DNA of 64,000 nt from Gemmatimonadota bacterium (GTDB lineage: Bacteria; 4572-55; J002), in the NCBI GenBank assembly GCA_003697105.1, contig RFFQ01000173.1, positions 1,976 to 65,975 on the forward strand. The letters are read 5' to 3'. Shown here one piece after another: positions 39,356-48,502 of the stretch. Every line of letters starts with the position of its first letter. Position 1 is the first letter of the stretch. The translations under genes and the position numbers were made by a program. Under the pieces are notes generated by a model. The model did no database searches, was not told the origin of the DNA, and saw only the letters and a list, made by a program, of their open reading frames with translations.

Positions 39356-40365
39356 TTGTTTATCGCGGTTAGTGGCTGTCGTGCAAAGACGCCTAGTTGC
39401 CAAGAATCCGATTTTCCGGTACGCAGGTAAAAGTCGCCTACGGCGGCAATCATTGCCCCATTATCGGTGCACAAAATCGGTGAGGGATACAGACAGCGCA
39501 AGCCATGTTCGGCGGCGGCGCTTTCGAGTGCGGCGCGTAACCGGCGGTTACAGGCGACTCCCCCCGCCATGGTGACGGTGGGATAGCCCGCATCTAAGCA
39601 GGCGGCTATTGTCCGCTCCACAAGGCTTTTTACCACCGCTTCTTGAAAGCTGGCAAGAATGTCGTTCCGGTGCGCCTGAATAAATTCGACGGTTTGTTTT
39701 TGCAGGTAATAGAGTACGGCCGTTTTTAACCCGCTGAAACTAAAATCATACGGATGGTTACGGATGATGGGGGGCGGAAATTCCACAAAATTCGGATCTC
39801 CTTCTGCCGCTAATTTATCGATAATGGGACCACCCGGATAGCCTAATTCCAGCCATTTCGCAATTTTGTCAAATGCCTCACCGGCGGCATCATCACGTGT
39901 TTGGCCCCGCAATTGATATTTGCCGCGTTCGGGCATGTCCACGAGCAAGGTATGCCCGCCAGACACGACCAAGCTGACCAATGGGGGTTCTAATTCCGCG
40001 CTGCCAAGGAAATTAGAGAATAAATGCCCTTCTAAATGATTTACGCCTACCAACGGTTTTTGTGTTGTGTAGGCGAGTCCTTTAGCGACCGATACGCCCA
40101 CCAGTAACGATCCAACTAAACCGGGCGCATTGGTGACCGCGATACCATCAATGTCGGTCAATGCGATATTTGCTTGGGCGAGTGCCGTTTCAATAATGGG
40201 GATAATCTTCTGGACGTGGGCACGAGAGGCGAGTTCCGGTACAACACCACCGTAGGGGATATGGACGGCTTGTGAGGCAATGATATTGGAGAGAATGTGT
40301 GTGCCGTCCCGTACAACCGCCGCCGATGTTTCGTCGCAGGAGGATTCAATCCCCAGTACCAGCAT
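39352..40365 (-). CDS. tsaD: tRNA N6-adenosine threonylcarbamoyltransferase
   Basis: LGIESSCDET, GGVVPELASRAH, NHLEGH, VSGGHT, DDAAGEAFDK, FSFSGLKT, TDNGAMIA. Confidence 0.97.
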   Translation of the reverse strand: MLVLGIESSCDETSAAVVRDGTHILSNIIASQAVHIPYGGVVPELASRAHVQKIIPIIETALAQANIALTDIDGIAVTNAPGLVGSLLVGVSVAKGLAYTTQKPLVGVNHLEGHLFSNFLGSAELEPPLVSLVVSGGHTLLVDMPERGKYQLRGQTRDDAAGEAFDKIAKWLELGYPGGPIIDKLAAEGDPNFVEFPPPIIRNHPYDFSFSGLKTAVLYYLQKQTVEFIQAHRNDILASFQEAVVKSLVERTIAACLDAGYPTVTMAGGVACNRRLRAALESAAAEHGLRCLYPSPILCTDNGAMIAAVGDFYLRTGKSDSWQLGVFARQPLTAINK

Positions 40366-40374
40366 TCCCAACCT

Positions 40375-40803
40375 CTATTTCCGTTTTCGGGAGGTACTTT
40401 GTCCCCCGCTGGATGGCGTGTTTCCCGCGCTACTTCCTCCCCCGGAGGTGCCCTTGGGTTGATCACTTAAATAGGCGGGAACTTCTCGTTCTTTCATGTT
40501 CACTTTACCCCGAATAATGGCTTCCGGATCGACTTCTAAGCCGCCGGTGGGGCATTCAATGTCCCCTTCTACCCGACCACTGGCATGAATATGGACTTTT
40601 TCTTTGGCAAAAATATTACCAACCACTTTGCCTTCGACCGAAACAATGGTGCCTTCTACTTCGGCGGTCACCCGTCCATTTCTGCCGATGTGAAATTTGC
40701 CGTTGACCTTAATTTTACCTTCAAATTCACCTTCAATGGTGATGTCCTCATCGCTGGTCATCTCCCCGGTAACTTTAATTCCTTTGCTGATTAATGATTG
40801 CAC
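40375..40803 (-). CDS. Bactofilin (polymer-forming cytoskeletal protein)
   Basis: SLISKGIKVTGEM..DEDITIEGEFEGKI...IGRNGRV.AEV...V.G...GNI beta-helix pattern; GTG start with GGAGG RBS. Confidence 0.9.
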   Translation of the reverse strand: MQSLISKGIKVTGEMTSDEDITIEGEFEGKIKVNGKFHIGRNGRVTAEVEGTIVSVEGKVVGNIFAKEKVHIHASGRVEGDIECPTGGLEVDPEAIIRGKVNMKEREVPAYLSDQPKGTSGGGSSAGNTPSSGGQSTSRKRK

Positions 40804-40845
40804 AATTCCTCCACATTGTTATCAACTTACATATTCTAAGGTTTA

Positions 40846-41277
40846 CTATTTGGATTCCGCTGATGGTGATGGTTTAGGGGACCGTTTTCGATCCGGCATT
40901 TCACAACTTCCCTTAAAAATAGCCCCATCTTCCACCACGAGACGCGGATTATCAATATTACCCGTCACGTGGGCCGTAGGGCGGAGATGTAGTTTATCTT
41001 GTGTGACAATGCTTCCATTCACCCGTCCGGAGACGATCATATTGCGAGCCCGGATGGATTCGCTCTCAAGGTTACCGGACTCCTCAATGGTGAGGTCTTC
41101 ATTTAAGCTGATTTTACCATTGACTTTACCCATAATTCGTACCGAATCCTGACCGGAAATATCGCCTTTAATCACCACCCGCGAGCCGATGTAGGTATCT
41201 TGTTTGCGGTCTAACTTCGGGATATTTGCCTGTTGTAAACGCTGTTCTTCTTTGTTTTTGTTACCAAACCAACCCAT
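40846..41277 (-). CDS. Bactofilin
   Basis: TYIGSRVVIKGDI...VRIMGKVNGKI...VVEDGAIFKGSCEM; AAGGAG RBS. Confidence 0.92.
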   Translation of the reverse strand: MGWFGNKNKEEQRLQQANIPKLDRKQDTYIGSRVVIKGDISGQDSVRIMGKVNGKISLNEDLTIEESGNLESESIRARNMIVSGRVNGSIVTQDKLHLRPTAHVTGNIDNPRLVVEDGAIFKGSCEMPDRKRSPKPSPSAESK

Positions 41278-41326
41278 ATATTCTCCTTTTTATCTTCCAA
41301 AATTATTAAGTAGAGATTCCGCGCTC

Positions 41327-41355
41327 AATATAGGTCTTTTACCAATCAGCGTCAA
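41327..41355 (-). promoter_or_regulatory. Sigma70-type promoter heading the bactofilin-tsaD-gatCA-TPR-DnaA-like run
   Basis: TTGACG-N17-TATATT on the minus strand. Confidence 0.6.
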
Positions 41356-41492
41356 GCCTTATTCCGCGCCAAAGGGGTATCCTAGCAGGGCTAAAAACAA
41401 GGGTTTACAAATCCTTTTTTTTTTGCTAGGATCAGGGCGGTGTTTCCAACCAACGTGTTTCCTTTCACTTTGAATCCAGACGAAATCTATCC

Positions 41493-42689
41493 ATGCAAAA
41501 GTGGTTACTTATCGGGTTTATCTTGCTGGGCATGACCTCCATCGCCGTCCCGAAGATCAAACCGAGTGAACGACATGTCACGGCAGTGGCGCAACCGGGG
41601 GATGGCATTTATGCGTTACTGGCACGCTACCATCTACCTCAAAATCGTTACTATGTGGATCAGTTCCGGGCGTTGAATGCCTCGAATCTTGCAGGTAATG
41701 ACCATCTGGTTGCCGGGCGAACCTACGAAATACCGATCAAAATATATACTTATAACGGGATCAGCATCCGTTCCACCGTGGGGATTTCGGATCGATCCCA
41801 TGCGGAACGAATTCAAGCGTATAATCGCACGATGCTAAACGCCGGTTTTCAGGATCAGGACTATCTGATTAGTAAGGTGTTGTGGGTACCTTTCCACGAA
41901 TTGGAATCGAACCCAGCCGCTTATGAAACTCGCCGTAAAACGTCGGGACGTTCGAGACCATTCTCGATTTTTGGTCCCCGATATGCGGAGGTGACTTTTA
42001 CGGACTCAGACCTGCGTGGTTCGGTCTTTTATATTGTTGCTGGGCACGGTGGTCCCGACCCCGGCGCGACCGGTAAACGGGGAAATCACACGCTTTGTGA
42101 AGATGAGTACGCCTATGACATCGCTCTGCGGCTGACCCGCAATTTGCTGGCACATGGTGCCATCGCTTACGTGATTACCCGTGACCCTAATGACGGTATC
42201 CGCGATGAAGCGTACCTAAAATGTGATACGGATGAGTATTGTTGGAAGGCTCAGGCGATCCCGCGAGGACAGTTATCCCGCTTGCACCAGCGAGCAGAAG
42301 CAATCAACCGGCTTTACTGGCGTCACAAAGGTGCCAAACAGCGGGTAGTTGTACTCCACGTGGACTCGCGCAGCCGTGGCAACCGGGTGGATATGTTTTT
42401 TTACTACCATTCGACCAGCCATTCCGGTAAACGCTTGGCAGAAACCCTCCACCAGACGATCCGGCGGAAATATCAGATTCACCAACCGGCGCGAGGTTAT
42501 CACGGGTTTGTGCGTGCCAGAGATGAGTTATACATGCTCCGCAAACCCCTTCCGACAACGGTTTATGTGGAATTAGGGAACATCAAAAATAGTTTTGACC
42601 AACTGCGGCTGATCAAAGTGGATAATCGGCAAGCGGTTGCCAACTGGCTAACAGAGGGTTTAATCAAAGACATCAACGCCACCAAATGA
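41493..42689 (+). CDS. N-acetylmuramoyl-L-alanine amidase (Amidase_3) with an N-terminal LysM-like segment
   Basis: Signal peptide; AGHGGPDPGA, EDEYAYD, LHVD, YVELGNI zinc-site motifs. Confidence 0.88.
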   Translation: MQKWLLIGFILLGMTSIAVPKIKPSERHVTAVAQPGDGIYALLARYHLPQNRYYVDQFRALNASNLAGNDHLVAGRTYEIPIKIYTYNGISIRSTVGISDRSHAERIQAYNRTMLNAGFQDQDYLISKVLWVPFHELESNPAAYETRRKTSGRSRPFSIFGPRYAEVTFTDSDLRGSVFYIVAGHGGPDPGATGKRGNHTLCEDEYAYDIALRLTRNLLAHGAIAYVITRDPNDGIRDEAYLKCDTDEYCWKAQAIPRGQLSRLHQRAEAINRLYWRHKGAKQRVVVLHVDSRSRGNRVDMFFYYHSTSHSGKRLAETLHQTIRRKYQIHQPARGYHGFVRARDELYMLRKPLPTTVYVELGNIKNSFDQLRLIKVDNRQAVANWLTEGLIKDINATK

Positions 42690-42702
42690 GACGCTACTGC
42701 TT

Positions 42703-44001
42703 ATGAAACGTTCCCTGATGGTACAACCGGCCGCGGCTCTACACGGGGACATCACGGTGCCGGGCGATAAGTCAATCTCACACCGGGCGGTGCTCTTGGG
42801 AGCACTGGGTGACGGGCAATTTACCGTGAAAAATTGGCTTTCTGCCGGCGATACCGAAGCTAGCTTACAAGCCGTTCAGGATTTGGGCATCCCCGTGGAA
42901 CGACCATCACCCACCACCTTGATCCTCACGGGGGGAATGTTTCAACCGCCGGATCACCCGCTGAACTTGAGGAATACCGGTACCGGCTTGCGTTTGCTCG
43001 CCGGTATTCTTGCCGCCCAACCGTTTGAAAGCATTTTGGATGGCAGTTCGCAACTTCGCCAACGCCCAATGGGACGGATCATTGACCCGCTCCGGCGGAT
43101 GGGCGCGGAGATTTCCGGCATGGACGGGTATGCCCCGCTCCACATTAAACCGGCGGCATTACGAGGCATCGATTATACGCTACCGGTGGCAAGTGCACAG
43201 GTCAAAAGCGCGATTTTGCTTGCCGGACTTTTTGCCCAAGGGGAGACCATCCTCCGGCAAAATTACCCCTCCCGCGATCACACCGAACGGATGCTACAAG
43301 CGATGGGGGCAAATCTGACCCAACAAAACGGTATCATCCACCTTCAACCGGGGAATCCCTTGAAAAATCAGGACATCTCCATCCCTGGCGATTTATCCGC
43401 CGCGGCGTTTCCGCTGGCGGCGGCATTGATTGTACCGGACAGCGACATCACTCTCCACGGGGTGAATCTCAACCCTACACGTACCGGCTTGCTTGACGTG
43501 CTCACCCGCATGGGAGCCAACCTGACGATCACGAAAACCGGGACCCAAGCTGGTGAACCGGTGGGCCGGATTCACGCCCAAACCAGCGAACTGCACGGGA
43601 TCGAAATCGGGGGCGCAATGATCCCGCGCTTGATCGATGAAATTCCAATTTTGATGGTGATCGCGCTCCATGCGGAAGGGCAAACCCTTGTGCGGGATGC
43701 TGCCGAATTACGGGTTAAAGAGAGCGACCGCCTGTCCGTGATGACCGCGCAGTTACATCGGCTCGGTGCTTCGATCACCGAAACTCCCGAGGGTTTCCGG
43801 CTGGTGGGTAAGCAACACTTGACCGGTGCCGTCGTCGATAGTCACGAGGACCACCGGGTTGCCATGAGCCTGGCTATTGCCGGGCTAGTTGCCACTGGGG
43901 AAACGGTTGTTCGGAATAGCCCCTGTATTGGCGATTCCTTTCCCGATTTTGTTTCCCAGATGAAGTCTCTCGGGGCGCCTATCCGTACCCACACTTGGTA
44001 G
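42703..44001 (+). CDS. aroA: EPSP synthase
   Basis: PGDKSISHR, NTGTGLRL, RPM, ASAQVKSA, RDHTERM, RVKESDR, DHRVAM. Confidence 0.97.
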   Translation: MKRSLMVQPAAALHGDITVPGDKSISHRAVLLGALGDGQFTVKNWLSAGDTEASLQAVQDLGIPVERPSPTTLILTGGMFQPPDHPLNLRNTGTGLRLLAGILAAQPFESILDGSSQLRQRPMGRIIDPLRRMGAEISGMDGYAPLHIKPAALRGIDYTLPVASAQVKSAILLAGLFAQGETILRQNYPSRDHTERMLQAMGANLTQQNGIIHLQPGNPLKNQDISIPGDLSAAAFPLAAALIVPDSDITLHGVNLNPTRTGLLDVLTRMGANLTITKTGTQAGEPVGRIHAQTSELHGIEIGGAMIPRLIDEIPILMVIALHAEGQTLVRDAAELRVKESDRLSVMTAQLHRLGASITETPEGFRLVGKQHLTGAVVDSHEDHRVAMSLAIAGLVATGETVVRNSPCIGDSFPDFVSQMKSLGAPIRTHTW

Positions 44002-44010
44002 TCTGGAGAG

Positions 44011-45300
44011 ATGATGAACCGTATTGAAATTCCGATTCCGCCGCTTGATCCCTTAATCTGGCTTTCTCACCAATCGTTACCGCAAAAACTGTTTTGGGCG
44101 AATCGGGATCGCACGGAGATCGTCGCCGGTAGTGGTGTAGCAGATGTTGTTCGCTGTGAGAACCGTTTGGATGCATGTTTTCAATCATTTGCTGAGGTGA
44201 CATACCCGCAACGCTATTGGGGGGGATTCCGCTTTGACCCCACCCGACCTTTCGGGGCGGAATGGCGGGTAACCGGTAATGGATACTTTGTATTACCTAA
44301 ATTTGAGGTGGGCTTGCGGGAGAATCGTTGGTTTTTGGCGGGTAACTTTCCAGAGGAAAAGAGAGCTGAGGTGGATGTCACCTTGCAGCAAATGCGGGCA
44401 AATGTTGCTTCGTTTTCACCGGCGAATCATCACTCCCTCGTACCTGCCCCACCTTTTTTGAAGCGCACCGACGTGCCCGATAAAACCGGTTGGATTAAAG
44501 CTATTAATACCACCTTGCGCCAGTTTGTCCCCCATGCTTTTGAGAAAGTTGTCCTTGCCCGAAGGTCTATATTTGAAGCGGATCGAGGAATCGATCCGGT
44601 CTGGATTCTGCAAAAATTGGCGAAAGCGAATCCCAATACCTTTTTGTTTTTGATGCAATTTTCGGCGGATTCGGCATTTATCAGTGCCACCCCGGAGCGG
44701 CTCTACGCTCGTCAGCAGCGAATCTTACAAAGTGAAGCCCTTGCGGGAACCCGCCCACGGGGCAGATCGCCCGAAGAAGACGATCAACTGCAACATGTCC
44801 TTTTACACAGTGAAAAAGACCGCCGCGAGCACCGTATTGTAACGACAAGCATCCGGCAAGCCTTTGAACCATTGTGTGAATCCGTGACCGTCGAGGATGG
44901 TGTCAACGTCCTAAAATTGAGTCAGTTACAACACTTGTACCAGCGGGTTGAAGGCGTGTTATTGCCGGATCAAGGGGAGGCGGATATTATTAACCGGTTG
45001 CATCCGACCCCGGCAGTGGGGGGCAGACCGGCTACCCGGGCACTGCAACATATTCGTGAATGGGAAGTATTTGACCGCGGTTGGTATGCGGCGCCGGTGG
45101 GCTGGGCGAGTGCGGATGCGTCAGAATTTGCCGTCGGGATTCGTTCCGGGTTGGTGGCGGGAAGGCGGCTTTATCTGTACGCTGGAGCGGGTATTGTACC
45201 CGGTTCGCATCCAGCCGCGGAATGGCAAGAAATTGAAAATAAACAGAACAGCTTTTTGCGGGCATTAGGGGTGTACCCCCATGAAAAAACCGTGCGGTAG
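44011..45300 (+). CDS. menF: Isochorismate synthase
   Basis: KVVLAR, ATPERL, EALAGT, KDRREH, LHPTPAVGG, FAVGIRS, AGAGIV. Confidence 0.9.
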   Translation: MMNRIEIPIPPLDPLIWLSHQSLPQKLFWANRDRTEIVAGSGVADVVRCENRLDACFQSFAEVTYPQRYWGGFRFDPTRPFGAEWRVTGNGYFVLPKFEVGLRENRWFLAGNFPEEKRAEVDVTLQQMRANVASFSPANHHSLVPAPPFLKRTDVPDKTGWIKAINTTLRQFVPHAFEKVVLARRSIFEADRGIDPVWILQKLAKANPNTFLFLMQFSADSAFISATPERLYARQQRILQSEALAGTRPRGRSPEEDDQLQHVLLHSEKDRREHRIVTTSIRQAFEPLCESVTVEDGVNVLKLSQLQHLYQRVEGVLLPDQGEADIINRLHPTPAVGGRPATRALQHIREWEVFDRGWYAAPVGWASADASEFAVGIRSGLVAGRRLYLYAGAGIVPGSHPAAEWQEIENKQNSFLRALGVYPHEKTVR

Positions 45301-45352
45301 ATATGAAAGGCTCTATCGCACGGTTCATTTTTATGCCGGACGGATCGTCCGG

Positions 45353-46438
45353 TTAGAAGTTAAAATTCAAGCCGGAACTGATCGAATTGATATTGCCAAT
45401 GTTAAAATCGGCATTGAGGCTAAAAAAGCCAACGTGGAGCATCCCCCCAAGGGTGAACCGATATTTATTTTCCCCATCAATCTCAAAATTAATATCCACG
45501 TCCTCGGTACCCGCTTGACTTTCCAACTGGTAGGTATATGAAATGTCAATGGAGGAGCTTTCCAGCAGGAAACCGGCATACGGGGTAAATATCCCCATTG
45601 GTTTGCTAGCATTGATGCCATAAGCCATCGCGGTGACTTCCACAATATCACCGGCTTCTAGTTTTTGGGTATAAAATCCAAGTGCGACATCCACCGGCAA
45701 CGGTGCAGGTAGCCACACCGCCGGGTTGTGCTGAATCCCGAAGCCAAACAGCCCCACATCCCCAATTTCCTCAGTAAGATTGATGCCCGGTACAAACCGG
45801 AACAGGAGTTTTGTGCCATACACCGTTCCGATCCCGAATTGGGGCACGGCGAGGGGTAACACAGGCAGTTCATCCAACACACCGGTCACTTGGGTGACTT
45901 CCACGGTCTCCGCGTCCAGTTGATAGGTTTGGGTCTGCCCGCCATCGCTTACCGTAAAGGTATCTCCGGGAAAAACGACTTGTACATGTTCATCTTTACT
46001 GCCCACTGCCGTGGGACCGGACATGCTCACGGTGTACGTTTTTTCAATCATTTGGTCGATCACGTCGTCTTGATAGGCAGAGGGGATATTTTCATCTGCC
46101 AAAATTTGTTCGGCTTGACGCCGGGTAAAATTGAAGGTGGTTGTGGTTTCAAAAACATCATCGTCGCTGGCAAAGAATGACCCCATTGCGATCAACCCGA
46201 CCTCCACATGTAAATCCAGAAATTGGGCGGTTGCGGCTTGACCCAGCCAACCGGCATTCATATTTGCCCCAAATGCCGAAGGAAGCGAGCCTAAATACGC
46301 CTCGGCGGCATCTTGTGAAAGATTTTCTAGGGCTTCATCCAATGATTGGCTCGTTTCGTCTTGTGCCTGCACGGGAGTTACCCCGATCAATACGGCGCTG
46401 AACGCTAATACCCCCAACTTCATTAATGACCGATACAT
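45353..46438 (-). CDS. Exported, probably outer-membrane, protein (DUF6588-like)
   Basis: ATG 46438 with AGGAGG RBS; signal peptide (VQA); FGANMNAGW, LFGFGIQH, C-terminal GLNFNF. Confidence 0.65.
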   Translation of the reverse strand: MYRSLMKLGVLAFSAVLIGVTPVQAQDETSQSLDEALENLSQDAAEAYLGSLPSAFGANMNAGWLGQAATAQFLDLHVEVGLIAMGSFFASDDDVFETTTTFNFTRRQAEQILADENIPSAYQDDVIDQMIEKTYTVSMSGPTAVGSKDEHVQVVFPGDTFTVSDGGQTQTYQLDAETVEVTQVTGVLDELPVLPLAVPQFGIGTVYGTKLLFRFVPGINLTEEIGDVGLFGFGIQHNPAVWLPAPLPVDVALGFYTQKLEAGDIVEVTAMAYGINASKPMGIFTPYAGFLLESSSIDISYTYQLESQAGTEDVDINFEIDGENKYRFTLGGMLHVGFFSLNADFNIGNINSISSGLNFNF

Positions 46439-46683
46439 AGTGCCTCCTAACAAAAAATGTGATGGTGAACGTAGATCAAGACAGGATATTCCATCCCGAT
46501 AGGAATCATACTGGTTTTGATGAGGTCTGTCAATTAAATTTTTGAAATTAAATGAGTTAAGGCTGAATTCTGCAGACAAAATGTATATTTTCTATTGATC
46601 GATACGGCATTTTTGATTATTACATCAACATCGAAAAAACATCAGGATGTTTTGTTCAGTACTTCATTGAAAGGAGCAGGGTA

Positions 46684-46920
46684 ATGGTTAGTTTATATAA
46701 TAAGCAGACGAATGAATTTTTGGGTCAGGTGACCGATGAGCAGTTTCAATTTCTGGTCGATCACCTAGAAGAGGAATCCATGATAGATGATGATTATTTC
46801 ATTAATGCGATGACGCTGGACATGCTGGAAGACCAAGGTGGGGATACGGATTTGATGGAAATTTTACGGACCGGTTTGGGGTCTCAAGATGGAATTGAAA
46901 TCACGTGGACCCGAGATTAA
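46684..46920 (+). CDS. Small acidic conserved-type hypothetical protein
   Basis: AAGGAG RBS; QFLVDHLEEES..DDDYFI motif; 10 nt upstream of the next gene. Confidence 0.75.
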   Translation: MVSLYNKQTNEFLGQVTDEQFQFLVDHLEEESMIDDDYFINAMTLDMLEDQGGDTDLMEILRTGLGSQDGIEITWTRD

Positions 46921-46930
46921 GGAAGCCATT

Positions 46931-48436
46931 ATGAAAGCAAAACTTGACGCATTGAAACATCAGTTGATGATCTCTAATGATTTAGAATCGGCGGCGGCGC
47001 TGTTGTTTTGGGATCAATCCACCTACATGCCGCCGGGAGGGGCAACGGCACGAGCGCGCCAGAGCGCATTGCTCAGCCGGATGGCGCATGAGACGTTCGT
47101 GGACCCGCAGGTGGGTAAACTGTTAGATGAGTTGCGACCTTATGAAGAGAGCTTACCGTATGATTCAGATGATGCCAGCCTGATTCGGGTTGCCCGGCGG
47201 GAATACGAACGTAAGACTCAGGTTCCGGCAGACCTTGTGGCGGAAACCACGTCCCATTTTTATGCCTTGCACGGTATCTGGGCGGAAGCGCGCCCCAAAA
47301 ATGATTTTGCCGCCGTACAACCCCATTTGGAAAAAACATTGGAACTTTCCAAACGATGGGCAGAATGCTTTCCGGATCACGATCATATTGCCGATCCCCT
47401 GATTAGTACGTGGGACTATGGCATGAAAGCGGAATCCATCCGGCAAATTTTTAGTGAATTGCGGGAAGCCCTTGTGCCATTGGTACAGGCAATCCGTAAC
47501 AAAGCAGACATCGATGATTCCTGTCTTGAGGGTTACTTCCCAGAAGCGCTACAGCAAGATTTCGGCTTGCGGGTTATCAAAGATTTTGGGTACGATTTTG
47601 AACGAGGCCGCCAAGACAAAACGGCGCATCCGTACATGATCAAATTTTCATTGGGGGATGTCCGTATCACGACCCGATTTAATGAAGCACGTCTATCCGA
47701 TGCGTTGTTTAGTACCTTGCATGAGTCCGGGCACGCGATGTATGAGCAGGGTATCAATCCGGCATATGAGGGTACGCCACTCGCCGGCGGTACGTCGGCA
47801 GGAGTCCATGAGAGCCAATCCCGCTTGTGGGAAAATATTGTCGGGCGTAGTCGTGGTTTTTGGGAACACTACTACCCGATCTTACGGGACACGTTCCCCG
47901 AACAATTACAGGGAGTCGATGTGGAATCATTTTACCGGGCGATTAATAAGGTCAAACCTTCCCTGATTCGGGTCGAAGCCGATGAAGTGACATACAATCT
48001 GCATGTTATGATTCGTTTTGATTTGGAATTGCAAATGTTGGAAGGTAAATTGGCGATCCGGGATTTACCCGAAGCATGGAATGCGCGCTATACTTCTGAT
48101 TTAGGTGTGACACCTTCCTCGAATCAAAACGGGTGTATGCAGGATGTTCACTGGTTTGATTCATTTATCGGCGGGGCATTTCAAGGATATACGTTGGGTA
48201 ACATCATGTCTGCACAGTTTTATGAGGCGGCACTGGAGGCGCACCCCTCCTTACCGGAAGATATTCGGTACGGGCAGTTTGACACCCTGCGGGGCTGGCT
48301 CACGGAACATATCTACCAGCACGGGAGTAAATACACCGCCCCCGAACTCATCGAACGCGTGACCGGAAAACCCTTAATGATTGCACCCTATATCCGCTAT
48401 CTCCAGCAAAAGTATGGCGAATTGTATTCGTTGTAA
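46931..48436 (+). CDS. Carboxypeptidase, family M32 (Taq-like)
   Basis: WDQSTYMP, HPY, DVRITTR, HESGH, HESQS, IRVEADE, GCMQDVHW. Confidence 0.95.
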   Translation: MKAKLDALKHQLMISNDLESAAALLFWDQSTYMPPGGATARARQSALLSRMAHETFVDPQVGKLLDELRPYEESLPYDSDDASLIRVARREYERKTQVPADLVAETTSHFYALHGIWAEARPKNDFAAVQPHLEKTLELSKRWAECFPDHDHIADPLISTWDYGMKAESIRQIFSELREALVPLVQAIRNKADIDDSCLEGYFPEALQQDFGLRVIKDFGYDFERGRQDKTAHPYMIKFSLGDVRITTRFNEARLSDALFSTLHESGHAMYEQGINPAYEGTPLAGGTSAGVHESQSRLWENIVGRSRGFWEHYYPILRDTFPEQLQGVDVESFYRAINKVKPSLIRVEADEVTYNLHVMIRFDLELQMLEGKLAIRDLPEAWNARYTSDLGVTPSSNQNGCMQDVHWFDSFIGGAFQGYTLGNIMSAQFYEAALEAHPSLPEDIRYGQFDTLRGWLTEHIYQHGSKYTAPELIERVTGKPLMIAPYIRYLQQKYGELYSL

Positions 48437-48448
48437 TACTAGATGAAA

Positions 48449-48480
48449 ACCCCAATGTCATATCGGCTTGGGGTCTTTTT
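48449..48480 (+). terminator. Possible intrinsic terminator
   Basis: ACCCCAA/TTGGGGT stem followed by CTTTTT. Confidence 0.5.
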
Positions 48481-48502
48481 CTGCCTTTTGAACTGAGTTC
48501 AC

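Noticed and set aside
45281..45541. ORF after menF as a possible menD fragment
   Set aside because: No MenD motifs, and it is mostly antisense to the gene ending at 45353.
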